47,388 nucleotides of DNA from a bacterium (GTDB lineage: Bacteria; SZUA-182; DTGQ01; JAFGSM01), in contig JBLIRN010000008.1 in NCBI GenBank assembly GCA_049472315.1, positions 1-47,388 on the forward strand. The letters run 5' to 3'. Shown one piece after another: positions 20,380-28,397 of this stretch. Under the pieces are notes generated by a model. The model did not search any database. It saw only the letters and a list, made by a program, of their open reading frames with translations, and was not told the origin of the DNA. Within the stretch, counting starts at the first letter, position 1. Each line of letters starts with the position of its first letter. Both the position numbers and the translations under genes were made by a program.

Positions 20380-21282
20380 ATGTCCGATAGACCGATCCCT
20401 GAATCACTTATTACCATTATGGAATCATATCCTCGTCTCGGAGAGATCATCCGCTTCGGCTACGAGCTCACCGACGAGCTGAACCGTATCAAACCGGATC
20501 TCGATCTCACCGGGATGGAGCTTTCTCAGGAACAGGCAACACTCAAACTGAAACAAGGATTCCCCTTGGTCAACAAGGCCGAGGTGATGATCCCTGCCGA
20601 CCAGTTCAAGGGGACATTCCGGAGGATTGCCCATTTTGTGGCCGATAGGAGGACTTTGCTCAGACCGACCATTCTAAAGATTTCGGAGCGGTTGGAGGAT
20701 GAAGGGACCGATGTCCATTCATTGGTCCGTGTACACCTGAACCAGATGCACAAGCAAGACCGGGAACACGAACTTCGGCGCCTTTGGAAAAACCCGGACG
20801 AGTACCCCATGCTGGATTTCCTTCTCGGGGCCGGCCTGAAGCCTTATGGTCACGCCTACGGAAACGCCCTCAATTCCTACCTTCCTTCCGACGGGGATCT
20901 ATGGCTGGAATCCTTCTGCCCCTTGTGCGGGACAACCCCTCTCCTCTCATACATCGAGGGGGAAGAAGGAAGGAGGCATCTCCTCTGTTCCTGGTGCGAT
21001 ACCACATGGGAGTACAGCAGGCTTAAATGCCCGTACTGCCAGACCACCGATCAGAAGGACCTTACCTATTTCTTCCTCGAAGATGACGAAGGGAAAAAGG
21101 AACGGGATCGGATATCCGTATGCAAAAGGTGCAAGAGGTACATCAAGACACTGGATTTGAGAAAACGGGAGGGGAAACAGGAATGCACTTTACACATCGA
21201 TGACCTGGCCACCCTTCACCTGGATTTACTTGCCGAACGGGAGGGTTATGAGCGAATGACCAGGCATATCCTCTTTTTTTGA
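20380..21282 (+). CDS. fdhE: Formate dehydrogenase accessory protein FdhE
   Basis: CPLCG...GRRHLLCSWCDTTW..SRLKCPYC...CKRCKRYIKT...DDLATLHLDLLAEREGY. Confidence 0.88.
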   Translation: MSDRPIPESLITIMESYPRLGEIIRFGYELTDELNRIKPDLDLTGMELSQEQATLKLKQGFPLVNKAEVMIPADQFKGTFRRIAHFVADRRTLLRPTILKISERLEDEGTDVHSLVRVHLNQMHKQDREHELRRLWKNPDEYPMLDFLLGAGLKPYGHAYGNALNSYLPSDGDLWLESFCPLCGTTPLLSYIEGEEGRRHLLCSWCDTTWEYSRLKCPYCQTTDQKDLTYFFLEDDEGKKERDRISVCKRCKRYIKTLDLRKREGKQECTLHIDDLATLHLDLLAEREGYERMTRHILFF

Positions 21283-21861
21283 TGCCCCATTGTCCTGTTT
21301 CTTCTCTAATTGCGCCACCCTTTCCTTGATATTATCGATGTAGCGATGTCCTGCCTTTCTGCTTGTTCCCAGACGTCGCACCATCCGCGCATAGGAGTGC
21401 AGCGCACGTAAAAGACGCTCATCGGAACAGGGGGCACCTTCCTCCCGCTCAATCCTCTTTGCCGCCTGGTCCAATGCTGATTCTATAACGCCCACCCGGT
21501 TCAACAAAACCTCATGGGGTGTTTCGCGGTGCTCCAATGCATCGATCTTCCGCTCGATGCCCTGCAGTATGTCCCGGTCCTCATAGTAACTATCCTTGAG
21601 CAAACGCTCATAGACACTCTCCTCAAAAAAGGCGACCACGGCCCAGTCAACCCTCTGGTCCGCTTCAGCCAGGGCGGGCCTGGTGTCATCCTTTTGCTCA
21701 TGATACTGCCGGCTCGCTATCACATACACACACTCCTCAGGGCAACCGGACTGGCCGTGCATCCTCTTGCCGCAACACGGCGCGCAGACCATACCCCTTA
21801 GGTCAAGGCAAAAGCGCCTTCCCTTTCGTGTCCCGCAGATAATGCATTTCGCATCCGCCAT
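21226..21861 (-). CDS. Hypothetical protein with N-terminal Cys-rich (Zn-finger-like) domain
   Basis: CIICGTRKGRRFC...VCAPCCG...CPEECVY; GAGGGAG RBS before MADAK; convergent overlap with fdhE. Confidence 0.7.
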   Translation of the reverse strand: MADAKCIICGTRKGRRFCLDLRGMVCAPCCGKRMHGQSGCPEECVYVIASRQYHEQKDDTRPALAEADQRVDWAVVAFFEESVYERLLKDSYYEDRDILQGIERKIDALEHRETPHEVLLNRVGVIESALDQAAKRIEREEGAPCSDERLLRALHSYARMVRRLGTSRKAGHRYIDNIKERVAQLEKKQDNGASKKEDMPGHSLITLPFGK

Positions 21862-21971
21862 GATCTCCCTCGCATCATTGCCTCGTTCACGCATGGTAAA
21901 AGCTGAAAAAAGGACCTCAACTCATCCTGAAGTATTACCTATCATTATTTTATACCATATCCCCTGCAACC

Positions 21972-22015
21972 AAAAAAAGGGGCCTTCGACGCACCGGACG
22001 TCGAGGCCCCTTTTT
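21972..22015 (-). terminator. Intrinsic (bidirectional-type) terminator after the 22052-23191 gene
   Basis: AAAAAAAGGGGCCTTCGACG...CGTCGAGGCCCCTTTTT. Confidence 0.85.
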
Positions 22016-22051
22016 CCCTCACAAACCTTCCTGGATATGGAGTATGATCCG

Positions 22052-23191
22052 TTAACGATAGGAAAAATAATACGGATAATATCCTCCAAAGCCGTATGAA
22101 GGATACTGCGGATAGTACAACGAACGTCCCCATGGGGTGTAGAGCCGGGAATAGGGATATACCGAAAAAAGCTGCGGGGTGAGCACTGGGAACTTCGGAT
22201 ACGATATGGGGATCCGTGGAAAACTGAACATGGAAGTCATAAGATAATACTGTGCAGTTTGCCAAGGGAGGAATGGGCCAGCGGATACAGACCGTCTTAC
22301 ATATGAATAGACATGTGACGGCACAACGGCACCCAACTGGTTCCCTTTGTCCACTGGGAAGGTCAGTGAAATCTTGGCAGACCCCGTGCTTTTGGTATCG
22401 AAACGGAGGGCCAGTAATGCACCCGAACCTCCGGAGGGTGCGTCCTGGCTGATGCCTGAAATCACCACCAAACCTGGCGTATCGTCATTGATTTCCAGGA
22501 ATTCGTAGGCAGTTGTCAAGTCAGTCTCCCTGACCTCCAGGAGATCCAAAATGGAGCTGTTATACTGCACGTCCAGCCTCCACGCCTGAAGATCCTGTAT
22601 GTCATTAATATAAATGGGTACCGAGATCTTCTTCCCCGTAATAACACTGTCAGGTTTTTGCATGGTGATTGCATACTTGACGGTCTGTGCGTAGAATACC
22701 CCCTTGGGGCCTGCAACAAGGTCCGGAGCATCGGGTCCCGCGCCTGAATCCGATGCTGCCGAGACTTTGATATCAGTTGCCCCCGGACCCGGTCCATTGA
22801 CTGAAAATGCAATATAAAAGAGTGCACCGGAGCCCCCCGGCGAACTAGAGGGATCCGCCAGATATGCGCCAACCGTCACCCTCTTTTCAGTGGCATCGAT
22901 ATCATGAAGTTCATACTCCACCTGATAGTAGTCGGTAAGGGCGGTGTTCTCAATGCTCTCGAATGTCACGACATTGGGGTCAAAATCAACAGAAACGAGC
23001 CATGCCTCCAGACCTGCAATGGAATCGATATAGATAGGCACGAATACGGTGGAGCCGATGAGACCGGAAGAGACCGGTGGCGCGTAAACGTATACGGCGG
23101 CCTCAATGGGGCAGCATAAAACAATACCCATCAGAAGGATCAGCAAGGCACCTGTGACTTGCCACCTCCTTCCCTTTAGTCTACATACCAT
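22052..23191 (-). CDS. Secreted protein with two tandem cohesin-like domains and a Tyr/Pro/Phe-rich C-terminal tail
   Basis: Signal peptide (IEA|AV). Two repeats: VPIYIDSIAGLEAWLVSVDFDPNVV...GSGALFYIAF and VPIYINDIQDLQAWRLDVQYNSSIL...GSGALLALRF. Tail ...YYPQYPSYGFGGYYPYYFSYR. Confidence 0.8.
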   Translation of the reverse strand: MVCRLKGRRWQVTGALLILLMGIVLCCPIEAAVYVYAPPVSSGLIGSTVFVPIYIDSIAGLEAWLVSVDFDPNVVTFESIENTALTDYYQVEYELHDIDATEKRVTVGAYLADPSSSPGGSGALFYIAFSVNGPGPGATDIKVSAASDSGAGPDAPDLVAGPKGVFYAQTVKYAITMQKPDSVITGKKISVPIYINDIQDLQAWRLDVQYNSSILDLLEVRETDLTTAYEFLEINDDTPGLVVISGISQDAPSGGSGALLALRFDTKSTGSAKISLTFPVDKGNQLGAVVPSHVYSYVRRSVSAGPFLPWQTAQYYLMTSMFSFPRIPISYPKFPVLTPQLFSVYPYSRLYTPWGRSLYYPQYPSYGFGGYYPYYFSYR

Positions 23192-23289
23192 AATCCTACC
23201 TCCTTCTCCTTTACCCTAAGAAAAAAAACATGTTGTCACGTTTCGCTCACATCCTTTCCGAATGCGAAAAGATGCGCACCGTCATCCGG

Positions 23290-23665
23290 AAGAGAGCACC
23301 GAGGGCATAAACTCAGAAGGATACCAGGATGCGGCCCCATTGAATTTATATCAGAATGGCCTTTGCGATTTTCATTCCCCCTTTCTTGCACTTTAGGATA
23401 GGGTGAAAATGAAACTCAATCGAGATAGAAAATGTTGGCCAGACCACGAGCGTTAACCCTAATCACTAAAAGGGCGAGGGGAATTCCCTTAAGGTGATCG
23501 ATAGGGTTTTGCGCTATCGCACATGCATGTGGCCGGCTAACAAATACCGTGAACGTACCACAGCATTTCTTTGTATCGCAGACAGTGAAATCTCATTTGT
23601 ATTGGCAACCCAAGCCCTTCACGGAACACACCATATGTCGGAACAGAATGTCAGCACGGAAAACC
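23290..23665. ncRNA. Putative structured RNA element, copy A (unrecognised family; boundaries and strand uncertain)
   Basis: Nested stems ATTTTCA/TGAAAAT (23368-23410); TGTTGGC/GCTAACA (23433-23542) enclosing CCAC/GTGG, AGCG/CGCT, AACCCTA/TAGGGTT, ATCAC/GTGAT; CCGTGAA/TTCACGG (23547-23624). Collinear with copy B. Confidence 0.55.
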
Positions 23666-23802
23666 GAACATCAATCCAACACTGTAATGAGCTGCCTTGT
23701 AATAAAGACTGTATGATTTTTATGACCTTCTGTTTTTGAAAAAAATATAAAAACAACATATTACAAAATTCGAGGATTATATATAGATCAAATTATTAAA
23801 CC

Positions 23803-23818
23803 AGCAATTTATGTGCCA
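23803..23818 (-). promoter_or_regulatory. sigma54 -24/-12 promoter
   Basis: Minus strand TGGCAC-ATAAA-TTGCT, perfect consensus; IHF consensus AATCAGGGAGTTG (minus strand) at 23864-23876. Confidence 0.8.
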
Positions 23819-24246
23819 AATAGTGGCCTCTGCCAATCAACGAAAATGCCCTTCCTTTTTTCTCAACTCCCTGATTTTTCTTATAATGCAAGTCAGACAT
23901 TCTTAATTGATGCCAATCCTTGTCAAAAATCCAGGGTATAGCAAGCCGGTAGTTGTATTTTGATGCATAATTATGAATCTTTTTACATACATTCCATTAA
24001 ATAAGACCGGAGCACCTTCTTCCCCTATGGAGAAAAATCATATTTACACAAGGTTGGAGGTTGATATATTTTTTTGAACATGGTATGGTATTTGTATATG
24101 ATATCTTAAATGTTGTGTTTATCATCTTGTTCATTCATCCCTTCCATTGATTTCACATTAATTCAATCAAGGCGCGCAGCGCGGTCATCCATTGTCGTCA
24201 TTAATCCTTACAATGAAAAGCATTAAATGAATGCTTATACAGGATC

Positions 24247-25596
24247 ATGGACATGAAAAATAGGCATCTCTCCGTACCGCTTGTGCTCCTCATCCTTATG
24301 TGTGCCCTTTTCACTGCCAGCACAGCGTCCGCCCTTATCATATTGTCCATTCCTGATGCTGAAATCACCCTTGATTCACCCCAAGATGTTGTCATTGAAT
24401 TGCAATCCAACGATCCGGAAGGGATCGAGGCCTGGGGTTTCGCCTTTCACTATGATCCCAACATACTGCAGCCAGAATTCTACCCTAATAACCCGGGTTT
24501 GGTCGTCGTGAATAAAGATGATGACAACTACTTCACGAAAGATTATTACTATATTTATGCCTACGAACATGAATCGTTACCCGGCAAAATAACTGTTGGA
24601 GGCTGCGTAAAATACGATAATAACGGAGATCCCATTCCCACAACGGGGACAGGGAAACTACTCGGCCTCAGTTTCATTTTGAAAAGGATATACCCCCGGG
24701 CCACCATTCACTCTTCTCTCTGGATTGATAAAAAGGTGAACGACCTGCAAAATGCCGTATGCGAGCCGGGTGAAATCACGAGCCTCCCTTCGATAACCTC
24801 AGCGATAACAATCACTCCCTCCTCCGGGCCATTCGATCACGATGTTGAGTGCACCATTGCGGGCCAGGGCTTCAAACAGGGGGCTGTACCGGTAATCGGT
24901 TCCCTCCGTATCTCGGATGCCACTTATTCCAATGGGGTAATCACTGCCCTGGTGCCTGCATATGTCTTCCTTCCCGGGTTATCATTCGATGTCATTATCA
25001 CCAACCCGGATGGCGATTTTGCCTTCATCGCCAATGGCATTGGCACTGACCGCCGGTTCGAGTCCGGTCTGAATCTTTTCGGGTATCCGACAGCACCCCC
25101 TGAGGGGTGTGATGGATCCCACGAGCTTATGTCACATCTTTCTCAAACGGCGGACGATGCGGTTTGCTGCCTTATGACACGAGACCCGAACACCCTACGG
25201 TGGGACAAAACATGGTGGGAAAACAATGAAGCAAAGGGAACGGACTTTGCCCTGATCCCTTTTCAGGCCACCCTGGTATATGTCCAAAAAAACGGCTTGT
25301 CGCGGACATTTCCCGGACAATGGGACCATAAAAATGCCCAAACCCAAATAGAAGATCTCGCCAAATGCATCAGCCCGGGTTTGAATTTTATCAGCCTTTA
25401 TTTGCCGCCGGACGAGCAAATAGATTCTCACGAACTTATGAAAGTGCTTTCGGAAAAAACCGGTAAAAACATCATTCTTCGCCGAATGCGGCCCGAAACA
25501 GGACAATGGCGAAGTTTTGTTCATTTTTTTGGTCGTCCAAGCAGTTCCCATTTCCCTATCCTGAACACCGAAGGGTACGTCGTTTACAGTAGATAA
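24247..25596 (+). CDS. Secreted protein: cohesin-like domain, IPT/TIG-like domain and two C-terminal repeats
   Basis: Signal peptide ASA|LI; GIEAWGFAFHYDPNIL...GTGKLLGLSF; ITITPSSG...IAGQGFKQGA...FDVIITNPDG; repeats GLNLFGYP and GLNFISL. Confidence 0.75.
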   Translation: MDMKNRHLSVPLVLLILMCALFTASTASALIILSIPDAEITLDSPQDVVIELQSNDPEGIEAWGFAFHYDPNILQPEFYPNNPGLVVVNKDDDNYFTKDYYYIYAYEHESLPGKITVGGCVKYDNNGDPIPTTGTGKLLGLSFILKRIYPRATIHSSLWIDKKVNDLQNAVCEPGEITSLPSITSAITITPSSGPFDHDVECTIAGQGFKQGAVPVIGSLRISDATYSNGVITALVPAYVFLPGLSFDVIITNPDGDFAFIANGIGTDRRFESGLNLFGYPTAPPEGCDGSHELMSHLSQTADDAVCCLMTRDPNTLRWDKTWWENNEAKGTDFALIPFQATLVYVQKNGLSRTFPGQWDHKNAQTQIEDLAKCISPGLNFISLYLPPDEQIDSHELMKVLSEKTGKNIILRRMRPETGQWRSFVHFFGRPSSSHFPILNTEGYVVYSR

Positions 25597-25642
25597 CCGT
25601 CCGGTATATGCCCCTTTTTCCTTCAATTCGAACAATCCCAAC

Positions 25643-25680
25643 AAAAAAGGGGACCTATAGAAAAGGCCCCCCCCTTTTTT
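25643..25680. terminator. Bidirectional terminator between convergent genes
   Basis: AAAAAAGGGGACCT-atagaaa-AGGCCCCCCCTTTTTT. Confidence 0.75.
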
Positions 25681-25745
25681 AATCTTCACGGTTTGTCGTA
25701 GTGTCGTGTCACAGACACCTATGAAAGAACATATTCTCCCTTATC

Positions 25746-27650
25746 TCACTTTGTTTGAACAGTCTCAATAAAACAACCACCGCCACCGCCACCACGTGTT
25801 GGGAAGACGGTATACTCCCCGACATACCAGTCACTCGCATAGGGAACGCCTATATTGAGCATGATCACCCCGTTTTCTTCAAAGATATTCAAGGATCCCC
25901 CATGTACGTTCGGGATAAAAAGTTCCGGATCCTCTGATTCTCCATGGATGAAATAGATGCCGTAATAATCGTCAGGGGTCACGGTCTGTTCGGACGTGGT
26001 GAGTATCTTATCCTCTATGGCTTCAAGCGTGAGGTTTGGATCCTGTAATGCACGGGGTGCTGGTATATCAAAAAAGATCAACGAAACGCCTCTCTCCCTG
26101 CCTTGATTATATACCACCTTTTTGCCGTTTTGGTCTGTAAATCCGACAGAGACGACGATGATATCATTGGGGTCCTTCACACCAGGATGCTCAGCAGTAA
26201 GGCCTGCACCCGCTCCTGTGGTATACGAAACCTCGATGCCAAGATTCTCATTCGGATCAACCGCATTATCGGCATCAGGGAAGCGGGTAAAGTGGAGGAT
26301 ATCCGCACCTTTCGCATCAAATACCAGATTGAATGATTCCGTTTGATTTATGATGTTGGGGTCTACCTGAATAGTGATATATCCCTTTATTGTAAGATCT
26401 GCCTTCGGTTTCAAGGTCACTGCGCCTGAAGCAACAACCTTGGTAGATTCCGATAATTGCGACTTTTTGACAATGAACCGGTGGATACGATTCTCATTCC
26501 CATTGGGATCAAGGAACACCTCGCCAGACTGATCAGTCCAACCATCATCCCACTGCTCGGTCCTAAAGGCGATCACGTATTTATCGCTCAGATCGGCCAT
26601 GAGATAATTTTTCACGGGAATTGTAACCGTATATACCTTATAGCCATTCGGACCATCGACGCGATTCAAGCCATCGTCAATAACGGGACCATTGGGAATG
26701 GTATTGGGATCGGGCCATTCGTCATGATCAATATCATTCGTTGAGTCAAAAAATCTGACCCTCAAGGGATACCACTCCGGCCAATCGTCCTCAATACCAG
26801 TGTCTGTAGTATATTTAAAGGTAAATTTCATCTGTGGTTCATTTGGATTAATGACAATATCCTTTCTATTAACGTTATAAGAGGGCATCAATTTCTCATC
26901 AATAGTCACATATGCAGTATTTGTATCGCAATCGAGGAGATCGCTATAATAGGGAGCATATCCAATCGATTCAGCCTTTATCCTGTATGTACCCTGTTCG
27001 ACGTCAAAACTTACTACGTTTGAGTCGGACTCGTTCCAAATACGGGACGTACGTGTAGTATCACCCCTGATTGTATACCCGGCAAGAGAGAGAATTATGT
27101 CATGAACACCGCCCGGTTTCGAAGCAGAGTCGATTATTGCGTTAATTGTACAGGCAGGTGTAATAGCCGTAGTAGTGATTGACCCTGCTCTCACCTTGGC
27201 ATCGTATAGTACATGACCTTTCTCCGATTTATTTACGAGACTGATGGCAGAGTTCGCTGATTCTGAGAGAACACTAAATTTCATTACAAAAAGGGCGCCG
27301 TTAACGGCAACACTACCATCGATATACCCCCCGATGGTCACCCTGCCTCCGTTCGGATCCTCATTGTCATCAAAATCGTACGTTGCACTAGGATAAACGG
27401 CCGGAGCGAACCCATCATAATCAAGTACGCTCGAATCATAAAGAACATCAATTAAATAACCTTTATTAAGATCAAGAGGGGTTTCAATATTTACTGGCAC
27501 ATGAACGGTTGATCCCTTAATCCCTGTCAATCCTGTGGGAACACTAAGGGTAACAGCTGACAATTGTCCGGGAATCATTATACCAGTGACAAAAAGAAGG
27601 CTTGTCGCAAGAACCGCGATAAAAATACCTTTTTTTCTATTATTCATCAT
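25746..27650 (-). CDS. Secreted surface protein: N-terminal cohesin-like domain, beta-sandwich domains, C-terminal GGGGGGCFI (CFI-box-CTERM-like)
   Basis: Signal peptide LSA|VT; GSTVHVPVNI...IDVLYDSSVLDY...GALFVMKFSV...GSIT; GTYRIKAESIGY; ends RGGGGGGCFIETVQTK. Confidence 0.78.
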   Translation of the reverse strand: MMNNRKKGIFIAVLATSLLFVTGIMIPGQLSAVTLSVPTGLTGIKGSTVHVPVNIETPLDLNKGYLIDVLYDSSVLDYDGFAPAVYPSATYDFDDNEDPNGGRVTIGGYIDGSVAVNGALFVMKFSVLSESANSAISLVNKSEKGHVLYDAKVRAGSITTTAITPACTINAIIDSASKPGGVHDIILSLAGYTIRGDTTRTSRIWNESDSNVVSFDVEQGTYRIKAESIGYAPYYSDLLDCDTNTAYVTIDEKLMPSYNVNRKDIVINPNEPQMKFTFKYTTDTGIEDDWPEWYPLRVRFFDSTNDIDHDEWPDPNTIPNGPVIDDGLNRVDGPNGYKVYTVTIPVKNYLMADLSDKYVIAFRTEQWDDGWTDQSGEVFLDPNGNENRIHRFIVKKSQLSESTKVVASGAVTLKPKADLTIKGYITIQVDPNIINQTESFNLVFDAKGADILHFTRFPDADNAVDPNENLGIEVSYTTGAGAGLTAEHPGVKDPNDIIVVSVGFTDQNGKKVVYNQGRERGVSLIFFDIPAPRALQDPNLTLEAIEDKILTTSEQTVTPDDYYGIYFIHGESEDPELFIPNVHGGSLNIFEENGVIMLNIGVPYASDWYVGEYTVFPTRGGGGGGCFIETVQTK

Positions 27651-27829
27651 ACTCTTATCTCCTTCCCAAGTAATCCCGGTCTATTCATGCTATCCATGAT
27701 CCTTTTATTATATATGCTTTATTATCTTTCAAACGCCAAAATGCCCCGCTGGATTGTCAGCTGACATTTGATTTTTATTTTCATTTGCTTTAAATGGTAC
27801 TAATCAGTCCCATGCCGCCAGGTTCAGTC

Positions 27830-28275
27830 AACCGAATAGGGCGAAGACAACTGATACGAGAGACGATCGTTCTCAGATCTGTTCCTTCGCCTTTTTTCAT
27901 ATTGATAGTCTCAATCCCCCCTTATCTCGATGAGGGTTACACTGAGACTGAGCTAATGCATCAGAAACAACGTCGGACCAATATCCTCCGCCACATGGTC
28001 TCCGGTAACCGAATAGAAATTCTTCACCTTCTCGCCGAGATGTATCCGATAATTTCCGGATTCGACGCGCACCTCGCATACGTGACCGTTTTCCTCGCTT
28101 CATGTGCCGCCACTGGCTTCATGCCGCATCCGAAGATTGCAGACGGGTATATCTTGAGCGGGATTTCGTGCATATCCGCGTGAAAGACATTCACAAATAC
28201 AGGCGCCACAATACAACGGACAAACAACACCATCCGTCGGGCCAGGACATGACTATCTGAACGTGTCAAGCGTAT
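27830..28275. ncRNA. Putative structured RNA element, copy B (homologue of copy A)
   Basis: AGTCTCA/TGAGACT (27907-27949), CGTCGGA/TTCGACG (27971-28067), CCGTT/AACGG (28086-28219); shared blocks GCAGAC and CACCAT..GTCGG. Confidence 0.55.
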
Positions 28276-28289
28276 CTGCGCTCAATAAC

Positions 28290-28329
28290 GAGGCCAATCA
28301 GGCACGACAACCTGATTGGCCTCCTTCTT
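28290..28329. terminator. Perfect 13-bp hairpin, probable terminator
   Basis: GAGGCCAATCAGG-cacgacaa-CCTGATTGGCCTC; weak T tracts on both strands. Confidence 0.75.
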
Positions 28330-28397
28330 GAGTCAATAAAAACATTGGAATTCACCAAAACATCAAGGTAACGAGGGAAACAGGGCGCAGGTTATGC

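Noticed and set aside
23340..23520. c-di-GMP-I or c-di-AMP riboswitch in the leader (CGCAAA and GGGGGAA on the minus strand)
   Set aside because: The remaining conserved motifs (GGCAAAC, GNRA loop with receptor, GCUGAAU, CCCGUCAGCUAAC) are missing; kept as an unknown element instead.
23494..23739. Small ORFs inside the structured elements (also 27794-28183)
   Set aside because: No RBS, the reading frame is not conserved between copies, and substitutions fit base-pairing better than coding.
24081..24096. TGGTAT-GGTAT-TTGTA as a firm sigma54 promoter for the 24247 gene
   Set aside because: The -12 dinucleotide is GT rather than GC; too weak to list as a feature.
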